A DNA stretch of 64,000 nt, taken from positions 188,278 through 252,277 of the forward strand of contig CAZFUL010000001.1 of NCBI GenBank assembly GCA_964522435.1, in the 5' to 3' direction. Shown here piece after piece: positions 1-9,805 of the stretch. Source of the DNA: an uncultured Gammaproteobacteria bacterium (lineage in GTDB: Bacteria; Patescibacteriota; Patescibacteriia; Magasanikbacterales; UBA922). A program made the position numbers and the translations under genes. Each line of letters begins with the position of its first letter. Positions within the stretch are counted from its first letter, which is position 1. Under the pieces are notes generated by a model. The model ran no database searches and had not been told where the DNA came from. It saw only the letters and a list, made by a program, of their open reading frames with translations.

Positions 1-1
1 T

Positions 2-682
2 GCAGAACAACGTTACCAACGTGCGGAGAGTCTTTCAAATGATGATAGTCAAAAAGTAAAAACACTGAACGTGGTATTGCGAGCTGACGTGTTAGGATCT
101 CTTGAAGCGATTATTGGATCTCTTGAAAAAATTCAACATCCAGAAGTAGGCGTAAAAATTATTGGAAAAGGATTAGGCAACATTACCGAAGATGATGTGA
201 ATAAAGCAGAAGCGGGAAATGGTGTGCTGGTTGCGTTTAATGTAAAACCATCGGTGAGTGCAGAAAGTATTATGCGTGAAAAAAACATGAGCTTTCAACG
301 CTTTACCATTATTTATGATTTGATTGACTGGGTAAGCAAACAAGTAGAAGGGTTACTTGAACATGAAATTATTGTCACAGAACATGGTCGTATGACGGTA
401 AAAGGCATTTTCCGCACAGACCGACAATGGATGATTGTGGGTGGGGTTGCCACAGAAGGAAAAATTATGAAAGAGAGCTTAGCCCGAGTGCTGCGTGATG
501 GAGAAACCATTGGGGTTGGAAAAATCGTTACCTGTCAAGCTGGACAACAAGAGGTAAAAAATATTCCACAAGGCACTGAAGGGGGAATTCGTTTTGAAGG
601 AAAAATAAAAGTAGAAGAAGGCGATATTATTGAATCATATTCAGAAGAAAAACGAGTACGATCATTAACTCAAAATAAATAG
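2..682 (+). CDS. infB: Translation initiation factor IF-2, C-terminal part (5' end outside window)
   Basis: LRADVLGSLEAI, GNITEDDV, IIYDLID and GTEGGI motifs of IF-2 C-terminal domains; the frame is open to the window edge. Confidence 0.95.
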   Translation, partial: AEQRYQRAESLSNDDSQKVKTLNVVLRADVLGSLEAIIGSLEKIQHPEVGVKIIGKGLGNITEDDVNKAEAGNGVLVAFNVKPSVSAESIMREKNMSFQRFTIIYDLIDWVSKQVEGLLEHEIIVTEHGRMTVKGIFRTDRQWMIVGGVATEGKIMKESLARVLRDGETIGVGKIVTCQAGQQEVKNIPQGTEGGIRFEGKIKVEEGDIIESYSEEKRVRSLTQNK

Positions 683-688
683 AACCGT

Positions 689-1021
689 ATGTCATTAGCA
701 ATTACACTTACTGAACAAAATTTCGAACAAGAAGTACTTCAATCACCGGTACCGGTATTTGTTGATTTTTGGGCACCTTGGTGTGGTCCTTGTCAAACTA
801 TGGGACCTATTGTAGAAGAATTAGCCGCAAGTATGAATCCTGCGCAAATAAAAATAGGAAAAGTAAATGTGGATGAAAATTCTATGATTGCTGGCACCTA
901 TAACATTTTAAGCATCCCCACCTTTATGATATTTAAAGGGGGAGTGATGATTGCTCAAGTTGCTGGTGGTATGCCAAAAGAACAATTACAAGCCTTTATT
1001 GAAAAAACAATTCAAGCATAA
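689..1021 (+). CDS. trxA: Thioredoxin
   Basis: VDFWAPWCGPC active site, 110 aa. Confidence 0.97.
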   Translation: MSLAITLTEQNFEQEVLQSPVPVFVDFWAPWCGPCQTMGPIVEELAASMNPAQIKIGKVNVDENSMIAGTYNILSIPTFMIFKGGVMIAQVAGGMPKEQLQAFIEKTIQA

Positions 1022-1029
1022 TCCTGTAT

Positions 1030-1057
1030 AAAATCCCGATCCTTTCGGGATTTTTTT
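1030..1057 (+). terminator. Intrinsic terminator after trxA
   Basis: aaaatcccga-tcctt-tcgggatttt hairpin followed by a T tract. Confidence 0.8.
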
Positions 1058-1124
1058 ATAGCGTATAGCACTGGCGCGAGTGTGTTTTTTATGATGTACT
1101 ATTTGTATCTTAATTATATTATAT

Positions 1125-2060
1125 ATGACTATGTCTAAAAAAATTGTTGCCCTCGTTGTTGCTGCATTGCTTGTGCTTGCAAGTATTGTTGTGTTTGTAT
1201 TTATCTTGCGCCGATCATTATTGGAATCATCAGCAACGATGAGCGATGGTGATGTGTATGGCGGTCAGGATGCAATGATGGTTGAAGAATCATTTGCATT
1301 GGGAATGGCAAGACAAGCCGCTCCATCAGAAAGCTATATGCCAGAGCCTCCGACAACGGCAAGTAATAATACGACGCTTGAAGAAGATCGCTTGATTATT
1401 AAAAACGCAGACCTTTCGTTGGTTGTAGAAGATGTTCCCTTAGGTGTCGCCCAGGTACATCAACAAACAGCCGCCTTAGGGGGATTTGTGGTAAGTAGTA
1501 ACGTATATAAATATGGTCAATATCCTCGAGCAGACGTGACCGTAAAAATACCTGTGGCAAATTTTGATAGCATGGTGAGTGATGTTACGGTACTTGGGAC
1601 TGTTGAAAGTAAACAAATTACTGGGCAAGATGTGACCGAAGAATTTGTGGATATCGAAGCACAAATTGGGAATTTACGAAGTACAGAACAACAATTTTTA
1701 AGTATCATGAAACAAGCAACCCGTATTGACGATATTTTGGCGGTCCAACGAGAATTGTCTGCGGTTCGTTCTCAAATTGAACGCATGCAAGGACGAATAA
1801 ATTATTTAGAAAAAAGTGCAGCGCTCTCTACTGTTACTATTCATTTGTCAACAAACCCTGAATCATTACCTGTCGTAACTGACCAAGATCAATGGAAACC
1901 CCTGGCTGTAGTAAAAGATGCTCTTCGCAGTTTGCGTGGAGTAGGAATTGGTATTGCTAATGCCGTCATTTGGTTGGTGATTTATATTCCATTTTGGATT
2001 GTGTTGGGAATTCTTGGCGTGTTTGTGTATCGACGCCTGCGGGTAACTCGCATGAAATAA
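1125..2060 (+). CDS. DUF4349-like membrane-anchored protein
   Basis: N-terminal TM helix, RLIIKNADLSLVV and QDVTEEFVDIEAQI motifs, coiled coil, C-terminal TM helix. Confidence 0.8.
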   Translation: MTMSKKIVALVVAALLVLASIVVFVFILRRSLLESSATMSDGDVYGGQDAMMVEESFALGMARQAAPSESYMPEPPTTASNNTTLEEDRLIIKNADLSLVVEDVPLGVAQVHQQTAALGGFVVSSNVYKYGQYPRADVTVKIPVANFDSMVSDVTVLGTVESKQITGQDVTEEFVDIEAQIGNLRSTEQQFLSIMKQATRIDDILAVQRELSAVRSQIERMQGRINYLEKSAALSTVTIHLSTNPESLPVVTDQDQWKPLAVVKDALRSLRGVGIGIANAVIWLVIYIPFWIVLGILGVFVYRRLRVTRMK

Positions 2061-2110
2061 CGAGACACATTGTTACGGTATATAAGTAAAGATATGTCTC
2101 ACTATCCGTT

Positions 2111-2195
2111 CTCAGCATACAAGCACGAAAGCAACTCGCTTCGGGTGCCAGATGCACCCTCCGCTGCGACTGCTTTCTTTGCCTGTATGCTGTAG
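2111..2195. repeat. Palindromic intergenic repeat family B, copy 1
   Basis: Near-identical to 52319..52404; folds into a long imperfect hairpin (cagcatac...gtatgctg). Confidence 0.9.
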
Positions 2196-2277
2196 TGGGA
2201 TAATATATAAAGATATCCACTATTGACCTTCTGTATATTCCACAGTACGCTTGAAAGACTAGTATTAATCTTTTTTT

Positions 2278-3513
2278 ATGCAAAATAATCCATTTTTGAA
2301 TGCCATGACGCAGCTTGATCGTGCCGCAAGTATGTTGCAGTTACCAACGGATGTTCACGAACGCTTGAAACACCCGGATCGGGTACTCACGGTAGCTGTC
2401 CCCATACGCATGGACAGCGGAGAAACACGGGTATTTACGGGCTACCGCAGTCAATATAATAATACCTTGGGTGTATATAAAGGCGGCATTCGCTACCATC
2501 CCGGAGTCACCATTGACGAAGTAAAAGCACTCTCTTTTTGGATGATGGTAAAATGTGCGGCAGTAAATATTCCCCTGGGTGGAGGAAAAGGTGGGGTGAT
2601 TGTGAATCCAAAAGAGTTATCCCTTGGAGAAATAGAGCGCCTATCTCGTGCGTACGTGCGTGGTATTTGGCGTGAGATTGGCTCTGATAAAGATGTTCCC
2701 GCTCCAGATGTTTACACGACCCCTCAAATTATGGGATGGATGCGAGATGAGTATGAAAAATTGTTAGGAAAACCTGACCCTGGGGTGATTACAGGAAAAG
2801 CAATTGAAGACGGCGGATCCGAAGCACGCAGTTATTCTACTGCGCAGGGCGGTGTGTATGTGACCAAGGAACTCGCAAAAAAAATGGGGCTTACGCCCAA
2901 CCAAACAACCGTTGCGGTTCAAGGCTTTGGTAATGCGGGAAGTTTTATGGCAAAAATTTTAGCAAATGAAGGTTATAAGATTATTGCCGCGACCGATTCT
3001 CGTGGTGGGGTAATCAATCGCGAAGGACTTGATGTAGCGTTGCTGGAAGCACATAAAGAAGCAACAGGCTCAGTGATTGGATTTAGTGGATCAGAAGCCT
3101 TGTCTAATGACGCCTTACTTGAACTTGATGTTGATATTCTTGTTCCTGCAGCCCTTGAAAATGTGATTACAGAAGAGAATGCCCCACGGGTACGAGCAAA
3201 AGCAATTGTAGAATTAGCCAATGGGCCAACCACCCCACAAGCAGATGATATCTTGCAAGAAAAAGGCGTGATTGTGGTTCCTGATGTATTGGCGAATGCG
3301 GGCGGAGTAACGGTGAGTTATTTTGAATGGGAACAAAATGTGGCAGGCACGCATTGGACAGAAGCCGTTGTGTTAGAAAAATTAGAAAAAATTATGGTCG
3401 ATGCCTTTTCAGATATTTGGGCAAAAAAAGAACAATACCAGACAAACATGAGAACGGCAGCCTTTATTGCGGCTATCGCACGGGTCGCTGCAAAAATGTC
3501 ACCACTTCCATAA
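2278..3513 (+). CDS. gdhA: Glu/Leu/Phe/Val dehydrogenase (glutamate dehydrogenase)
   Basis: KGGIRYHP, GGGKGG, VQGFGNAG and PDVLANAGGVTVSYFEW motifs. Confidence 0.95.
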   Translation: MQNNPFLNAMTQLDRAASMLQLPTDVHERLKHPDRVLTVAVPIRMDSGETRVFTGYRSQYNNTLGVYKGGIRYHPGVTIDEVKALSFWMMVKCAAVNIPLGGGKGGVIVNPKELSLGEIERLSRAYVRGIWREIGSDKDVPAPDVYTTPQIMGWMRDEYEKLLGKPDPGVITGKAIEDGGSEARSYSTAQGGVYVTKELAKKMGLTPNQTTVAVQGFGNAGSFMAKILANEGYKIIAATDSRGGVINREGLDVALLEAHKEATGSVIGFSGSEALSNDALLELDVDILVPAALENVITEENAPRVRAKAIVELANGPTTPQADDILQEKGVIVVPDVLANAGGVTVSYFEWEQNVAGTHWTEAVVLEKLEKIMVDAFSDIWAKKEQYQTNMRTAAFIAAIARVAAKMSPLP

Positions 3514-3529
3514 TGCTGAGAGATAAAAT

Positions 3530-3562
3530 AAAACCCTGCACCAGAACGGTACAGGGTTTTTT
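3530..3562. terminator. Bidirectional intrinsic terminator
   Basis: aaaaccctg...cagggtttt hairpin between gdhA and a convergent small ORF. Confidence 0.8.
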
Positions 3563-3632
3563 GTTGTTGAGGGAGGCTGCAGTTGAGTGCCCTCGTGCTG
3601 CAGCATGGTTTCCCCCCCTTTGTGATGGTATG

Positions 3633-3779
3633 TTACGGGAACAAGATGTCTCGTGCCCGTCGTCGTCCTATGGCCATTCCTGCCCGCTTTTCCTTACGCC
3701 AGCGAGAAATGAGGAATGCGACGAGGATAAGTACGCAGATTCCCAGAAGATATTCCCAGGCGATGGTTTGTTCAATCAT
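3633..3779 (-). CDS. 48-aa single-TM basic-tailed orphan peptide (cassette A), below the ORF-track length cutoff
   Basis: MIEQTIAWEYLLGICVLILVAFLISRWRKEKRAGMAIGRRRARDILFP; GGGGAGG SD; own promoter; alternative in-frame ATG at 3800. Confidence 0.7.
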   Translation of the reverse strand: MIEQTIAWEYLLGICVLILVAFLISRWRKEKRAGMAIGRRRARDILFP

Positions 3780-3820
3780 GGCTTCGTTGTTCCTCCCCAT
3801 AGTTGTTTTGAAGCGCCCAT

Positions 3821-3849
3821 AGCATAGAGGAAAATGAGGGATTTGTCAA
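3821..3849 (-). promoter_or_regulatory. Sigma70 promoter, cassette A
   Basis: TTGACA-17 nt-TATGCT on the minus strand. Confidence 0.8.
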
Positions 3850-3935
3850 TATGATAGGATGACAGTGTTAAAGATTGCATTTTTACCCTCTGTCCGTTAC
3901 TATAAGGGGGTATTTATTAGGTCTTTTTTTGATAT

Positions 3936-6836
3936 ATGAATAGTTACGATCCAAAAAGTATAGAACTCAAATGGCAAAAAATTTGGGAAGAGACGGGTAT
4001 CTATACAACTCCATCACACACGACAAAAGAAAAAAAGATGTATATCCTTCCACAGCTGCCGTATCCCTCTGGAAGTGGGCTTCATGTTGGTCATGCAGAG
4101 GTGTATGCTGCCTGCGATATCTATGCCCGCTATCAACGCATGAAAGGAAAAGATGTGTTGCAAGTATTGGGTTGGGATGCGTTTGGCTTACCGGCAGAAA
4201 ATTATGCGATTAAAACCAATGTTCATCCACGCAAAAGTACCAATGATGCAATTGATAATTTTCGTCAGCAAATTAAATCATTAGGCATTTCTGTTGATTG
4301 GGAACGAGAAGTAGGCAGTCATAATCCTGATTATTATCAATGGACCCAGTGGTTCTTTTTGCTCATGTATAAACGTGGGCTTGCGTATAGAAAAAAACAA
4401 GCAGTCAATTGGTGTGATAGTTGTAAAACCGTATTAGCAAACGAACAAGTTACCAATGCGGGTACCTGTGAACGTTGTGATACCCTGGTGTTACAAAAAG
4501 ACATGGAGCAATGGTACGTAAAAATTACGGACTACGCAGAACAATTATTAGAAGGATTAGACAGAATCGATTGGCCAGAAGAAACAAAAAAACGCCAACG
4601 GGATTGGATAGGAAAAAGTGAAGGGGCAGAAATTACCTTTGAATTAACAATAAGCGATGAACAAGTAACCGTATTTACCACCAGGCCAGATACTATTTTT
4701 GGCGCAACGTATCTTGTGTTAGCACCAGAACATGCACTCATCCAAAAAATAAAAGACTCAATTAGTAATTGGAACGAGGTTGAGGCGTATATTGCTAAGA
4801 CAGCAGAAAAGACTGAACTTGATAGACAGGTTGATCAAGAAAAAACTGGTGTTGAATTACAGGGGATTAAAGCGATCAACCCAGTAAACGGGGAAGAAAT
4901 TTCTATCTGGATTGCTGATTATGTCCTTGCCAGTTATGGCACCGGCGCGATTATGGCGGTTCCTGCGCATGACGAACGGGATTTTGCATTTGCGAAACAA
5001 TTTGGTTTAGCAATAAAACAAGTTGTTGCGCCCTATGTCGAATTAACGGGGGTATGTGCGCCACAGGCAGATAAAGAAACCACACGAAAATATGTGGTAT
5101 CTGCTATTGTTCGTGATGCACAAAAAGATGAATATTTATTATTGCAATGGCCAGGTGGTATTGGTGGTTTTGTTGGTGGGGGAATTGAAGAAGGAGAAAC
5201 AGCAGAACAAGCAATACTGCGTGAAGTGCAAGAAGAAACAGGCTATCATGACGTTATTATTAAAAAAGAGATTATTATTCCTCAATTTTTTGGTCATGGG
5301 TACAAACCACGCAAAGGAATTAATTGTTATGATTTTGAACACGTGTATGTTGTTGATGTATCCCATCATGAAACAAAGGAATTGCATGAAGAAGATAAGA
5401 GCGCTCATGATATTATTTGGAAAAAAAGAGATGAAGTGCTTGCCTATATTAGTTTGGATCATCACAAACAAATTTGGAAATGGTACGCACAAGGACAACA
5501 AGCAATAACAGAAGAGGGGATTGCGATTGAGTCTGATTTGTTGAATGGACTGTCTACCAAACAAGCAAAAGAAAAGATTATTCAATATCTCGAAGAAAAG
5601 GGGATAGGCAAAAGAAAAATACAATATAAACTTCGTGACTGGTCTGTGTCTCGCCAGCGATTTTGGGGTGCCCCAATTCCTATGCTCTATGATGAACAAG
5701 GAAACCTTCATCCTGTACCAGAACAAGATTTACCCGTGATATTACCAGATGATGTGGATTTTAAACCAACAGGAGAATCACCATTGCGCTATTCTGAATT
5801 ATTTAATGCTGGTGTAGAAGAACGCTATGGTAAGGGTTGGAAACGTGAGCCAGATACACTTGATACCTTTATGTGTAGTAGTTGGTATTATTATCGCTAC
5901 TTAGATCCAAAAAATGATGCTGCCTTTGCGTCTCCTGACGCGTTAAAAAACTGGATGCCGGTGGATTTTTATTTGGGTGGCGCAGAACATGTCAACGGGC
6001 ATTTGTTATATGCACGCTTTTTTACCAAAGTGTTGCATGATGCTGGATACATTGATTTTGATGAACCCTTTACGGTGCACCGACACCAAGGATTGATTTT
6101 AGGTGAAGATAATAGAAAAATGAGTAAACGCTGGGGCAATGTGATTAACCCAACAGACATTGTAAATGAATATGGCGCCGATACTTGCCGCATGTATGAA
6201 ATGTTTATGGGACCGCTTGAAGAAGCAAAGCCGTGGAGTACTGGTGGCGTTGTGGGTGTTCGTCGCTTTTTAGAAAAAACCTGGCAGTTGTACATGGAAT
6301 TTTTACCTCATGTTGAGCTATATAAAGACCGTACAAACAAAGAGCTAGAAACAACCTATCACCAAACAATTAAACATGTTACGCACCACATAGAAACGCT
6401 TGGGTTTAATACCGCTATTTCTGAACTCATGAAATTAGTAAACAGTGTGTTGGCTGCAAAAAAGAAGGGAGAAATGTATCTAAATAGTGAGATGGCGCTT
6501 GGATTGATAAAAATGCTTTCTCCGTTTGCCCCACATATGGCTTCAGAACTATTTAGTCTTCTGCAACAAGCAGATACCACTATCAATAACGATGTGATGC
6601 TGGATACACAACCATGGCCAGTAGCGAATGAAACAAAAATGCTGCAAGATACCATGACGCTTGCTGTGCAAGTAAACGGAAAATTACGAGGAACGATCGT
6701 TGTGAGTGCCACGGCTTTAGAAGGAGAGATTACCACCTTGGCTTGTGCAGAAACAAATGTAATGAAGTGGATTGAGGGGAAAGAGATTAAAAAACTGATC
6801 TATATTCCTAAAAAATTAGTGAGTATTGTGGTGTAA
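3936..6836 (+). CDS. leuS: Leucyl-tRNA synthetase with inserted Nudix domain
   Basis: HVGH (HIGH-like) and KMSKR motifs, GWDAFGLPAEN, CP1 editing motifs TTRPDT and GTGAIMAVPAHD; Nudix box GGGIEEGETAEQAILREVQEETG. Confidence 0.96.
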   Translation: MNSYDPKSIELKWQKIWEETGIYTTPSHTTKEKKMYILPQLPYPSGSGLHVGHAEVYAACDIYARYQRMKGKDVLQVLGWDAFGLPAENYAIKTNVHPRKSTNDAIDNFRQQIKSLGISVDWEREVGSHNPDYYQWTQWFFLLMYKRGLAYRKKQAVNWCDSCKTVLANEQVTNAGTCERCDTLVLQKDMEQWYVKITDYAEQLLEGLDRIDWPEETKKRQRDWIGKSEGAEITFELTISDEQVTVFTTRPDTIFGATYLVLAPEHALIQKIKDSISNWNEVEAYIAKTAEKTELDRQVDQEKTGVELQGIKAINPVNGEEISIWIADYVLASYGTGAIMAVPAHDERDFAFAKQFGLAIKQVVAPYVELTGVCAPQADKETTRKYVVSAIVRDAQKDEYLLLQWPGGIGGFVGGGIEEGETAEQAILREVQEETGYHDVIIKKEIIIPQFFGHGYKPRKGINCYDFEHVYVVDVSHHETKELHEEDKSAHDIIWKKRDEVLAYISLDHHKQIWKWYAQGQQAITEEGIAIESDLLNGLSTKQAKEKIIQYLEEKGIGKRKIQYKLRDWSVSRQRFWGAPIPMLYDEQGNLHPVPEQDLPVILPDDVDFKPTGESPLRYSELFNAGVEERYGKGWKREPDTLDTFMCSSWYYYRYLDPKNDAAFASPDALKNWMPVDFYLGGAEHVNGHLLYARFFTKVLHDAGYIDFDEPFTVHRHQGLILGEDNRKMSKRWGNVINPTDIVNEYGADTCRMYEMFMGPLEEAKPWSTGGVVGVRRFLEKTWQLYMEFLPHVELYKDRTNKELETTYHQTIKHVTHHIETLGFNTAISELMKLVNSVLAAKKKGEMYLNSEMALGLIKMLSPFAPHMASELFSLLQQADTTINNDVMLDTQPWPVANETKMLQDTMTLAVQVNGKLRGTIVVSATALEGEITTLACAETNVMKWIEGKEIKKLIYIPKKLVSIVV

Positions 6837-6887
6837 TTATCTGAAAAATAAAGAATATAAAAAAATGGGATTCTTTCGAACCCATTT

Positions 6888-7091
6888 TTATTTTTGTGGT
6901 ACTGCATCAGTTTCTGTGTGGGTAATTTCGCTACACACACTACTGTGACAAATAATGCGACCGGGACGTGTATACGCTTTTGTTGAACCACATTTTGGAC
7001 AAGAAATTTTTGGTCGCTCAAATGTACTTTGTAAATAATCCTCTACTTGTTTAGGATCTACGTTAAATTGATGACGACGATGTTCTGTCAT
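6888..7091 (-). CDS. Small putative Zn-ribbon protein
   Basis: CPKC...CHSSVC; lies 11 nt downstream of the co-oriented PEGA gene. Confidence 0.6.
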   Translation of the reverse strand: MTEHRRHQFNVDPKQVEDYLQSTFERPKISCPKCGSTKAYTRPGRIICHSSVCSEITHTETDAVPQK

Positions 7092-7102
7092 AGTAATTAA
7101 TA

Positions 7103-8425
7103 TTAATAATCCAGTTCAAATAACCCTTCTTGACCACTAATGTTTCCGATAATATATATTTTTTTTCTTTCTTTATTTACGGCAACATCACGAATCTCTT
7201 CTGCGGTAAATAATTCCTTGTGAGAATAATATAATTCATCAAATACAAGCAAGGTAGTATCGGTGACAAATAAGATAGAACCATTTGTTGACAAAGGATA
7301 TACTGCGCGAAGCGGTTTTGATGAACGGTGAAGTAATTCTACTTTCGCGCTTGTGCGAGATATTTTCCATACTTCCCATTGTGACCAGAGGTACCAACTG
7401 TTTGTATGGGTATCAAAAAACCAATGATCAGCAATAATTTGTTCTGTGTCAGTAATGGTATTACCATTGCGGTGAAACAAATGAATTGTTGCATCTGTGG
7501 TTTGTGCTGCTAATATCATGTGTTTTTCCACATCAAGTATTGTGGTAATGGGAAACGGTAAAAAGACGACGTTATTTCCTTCTGAAAGCTGTTGTGTGCT
7601 GGTTGAATACCGAAAGACTGTTTTTGCATCAGATACCCACCACAATGATGAACTGGGTTTATGAAGTAATTCTTGTTCTGTTGGCGTGAATCGTTCTATC
7701 CATTCTCCTACTTTTCCATATAATCCTGGGCTAGCGACGTCCCATTGAAGTTCTGACAATTGAACATCACGATATGTTGCAAAGGATGTCGGCCTATTTG
7801 CATCAACAACCGCAAGCTCTGAGGTGCTGCTATTACGAGAAGAAAAAAATAATACTGCATGGAAAGGCGACCACATTGCCTCTACTGTTGTTTCTGGAGC
7901 CAGAGTAAAAAGGGTGGTATTTTGTGTTGTTTTTAAATCAACAATCGCATGGCGAGTAGAAGTTGGATATTGTTTGCTGTAATACAGAAATGTCCCATTG
8001 GGTGAAAGTTGTTCAAGGGTGGTTGATTCGTTGCTATATAATATGCCAACAGGGATACGATTTTTTAATAGACTGATATCTTGAATATAGGTGGTTTGGT
8101 TGCTTTGTATTTGCACGGTGTTATTCCAGGTATGAAATCCAGGGCTCGATATATCAACTCTATATAATCCAGGAGCAAGATTCGGAAGACGGATAGGTGG
8201 TTTTTCAGATAAGACAATATCATTCACGACGACACGCACATCTTCTGTTTCAACATCAATACTTAATACCCCCGTTGTCATAAATTGACGCGTAGAGATA
8301 TCATAACGATACCCGGCAGTATAAAGAATAATAAGTGGTGCAATAATAAGAAATGCGCACACTAACAGACCCATAATAATGAGTCGAAATCGACGAGAAA
8401 TTGGATAGGGGTATGGATTATGCAC
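7103..8425 (-). CDS. PEGA-domain membrane-anchored protein with a probable beta-propeller
   Basis: N-terminal TM helix + YTAGYRYD, TGVLSI, LAPGLYRVDISSPGFHTW; a layout common in CPR proteins. Confidence 0.75.
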   Translation of the reverse strand: MHNPYPYPISRRFRLIIMGLLVCAFLIIAPLIILYTAGYRYDISTRQFMTTGVLSIDVETEDVRVVVNDIVLSEKPPIRLPNLAPGLYRVDISSPGFHTWNNTVQIQSNQTTYIQDISLLKNRIPVGILYSNESTTLEQLSPNGTFLYYSKQYPTSTRHAIVDLKTTQNTTLFTLAPETTVEAMWSPFHAVLFFSSRNSSTSELAVVDANRPTSFATYRDVQLSELQWDVASPGLYGKVGEWIERFTPTEQELLHKPSSSLWWVSDAKTVFRYSTSTQQLSEGNNVVFLPFPITTILDVEKHMILAAQTTDATIHLFHRNGNTITDTEQIIADHWFFDTHTNSWYLWSQWEVWKISRTSAKVELLHRSSKPLRAVYPLSTNGSILFVTDTTLLVFDELYYSHKELFTAEEIRDVAVNKERKKIYIIGNISGQEGLFELDY

Positions 8426-8491
8426 AAGTTGCGTTTATGATGATTGTTCGATACAATAATAACGGCTTTTTATTGATTTTGCAATTATTGT

Positions 8492-9793
8492 ATGACTCAT
8501 TATCGTATTCGTGGCGGAAAACCATTACAAGGGAGTATTTCTGTTAGTTCAGCAAAAAATTCAGCAGTAGCGATATTATGTGCGTCAGTATTGGTACGTA
8601 ATACGGTTACGTTGTATGACATGCCTCGTATTCAAGAAGTTGATCGTATTTTAGAATTGCTCGATAGTATTGGCGTGCGTTCTCATTGGCAAGATGACAC
8701 AACACTTGTTATTGATAGCCGTGCTGCGCTAACGCTCAATACCATAAACAAACAAGCTTGTCGTCGTACGCGCGCATCGCTTATGTTGCTTGGGGCGCTT
8801 GCTGGGCAAGTACCGTCATATAAACTCTATAAGTCTGGTGGCTGCAAATTAGGAGAAAGAACGGTTCGTCCGCATCTGTATGCTTTGCAGCATTTTGGTG
8901 TTTCTGTTGTCTCAAAAAATTTGTATTATGAAGTAAAAAATAAACCGCTCAAAGCGGCTGATTTTGTCATGTATGAATCAGGAGACACCCCTACGGAAAA
9001 TGCAATTATGGCAGCCGTATATGCGCCAGGAAAAAGTGTGATTCGTTTTGCGTCATCTAATTATCAAATTCAAGACCTGTGTCACTTTTTAGTAAAAGCA
9101 GGAGCAAAGATTGAGGGCATTGGTACAACTACGCTTACCATTACCGGTGTGAAAAAATTAAAGGCAGTCAGTTTTCATATCATGAAAGATCCGATTGTTG
9201 CGATGACCTGGATTTCTTTGGCAGTTACTACCGCCTCTCCCTTAACGATTAACGATTGTCCATTGGATTTTTTGGAATTAGAATTAGAAAAATTACGCGT
9301 CATGGGACAACGCTTTACGCTTTCAAAAGTAACCACAGGGGCAGAAGGACATTTTCGTATGGTGAATATTACCATTATTCCTTCGGAGTTAACTGCGTTA
9401 CCTGATAAAATTTATGGACGACCATTTCCTGGATTGAATATTGATAATCTTCCATTATTTGTCCCCATATTAACCCAAGCAAAAGGTCGCACCTTGGTAC
9501 ATGATTGGGTGTATGAAAATCGGGCAATTTATTATATAGAATTGCAAAAGTTAGGTGCAAAAATATTTTTGGTTGACCCACATCGGGTGTTTGTAGAAGG
9601 AAAAACAGAACTTCAAGGAAATGAACTTATGTGTCCGGAAGGGCTACGTCCTGCTATGGTGGTATTAATTGGTATGATTGCGGCTAAAGGTGAGTCACTC
9701 TTGAGAAACTGTTATATGATTGAGCGAGGCTATGAGCACATTGTAGAGACACTGCGTGCTGTTGGGGTAGATATTGAAGAAGTAACATCCTAA
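8492..9793 (+). CDS. murA: UDP-N-acetylglucosamine 1-carboxyvinyltransferase (MurA family)
   Basis: AKNSAVAIL, RASLML, GGCKLGERT (catalytic Cys loop), TENAIMAA, IERGYE. Confidence 0.88.
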   Translation: MTHYRIRGGKPLQGSISVSSAKNSAVAILCASVLVRNTVTLYDMPRIQEVDRILELLDSIGVRSHWQDDTTLVIDSRAALTLNTINKQACRRTRASLMLLGALAGQVPSYKLYKSGGCKLGERTVRPHLYALQHFGVSVVSKNLYYEVKNKPLKAADFVMYESGDTPTENAIMAAVYAPGKSVIRFASSNYQIQDLCHFLVKAGAKIEGIGTTTLTITGVKKLKAVSFHIMKDPIVAMTWISLAVTTASPLTINDCPLDFLELELEKLRVMGQRFTLSKVTTGAEGHFRMVNITIIPSELTALPDKIYGRPFPGLNIDNLPLFVPILTQAKGRTLVHDWVYENRAIYYIELQKLGAKIFLVDPHRVFVEGKTELQGNELMCPEGLRPAMVVLIGMIAAKGESLLRNCYMIERGYEHIVETLRAVGVDIEEVTS

Positions 9794-9805
9794 TAATTTT
9801 TCTCT

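Noticed and set aside
3327-3827. Plus-strand ORFs 3327..3827 and 3583..3822
   Set aside because: The longer ORF overlaps gdhA and its terminator. Promoter and SD evidence supports the minus-strand 48-aa ORF instead.
5056-5726. Alternative-frame ORFs inside leuS, and a possible intron or intein
   Set aside because: LeuRS reads through in frame, and the insert has a Nudix box but no intein splice motifs.
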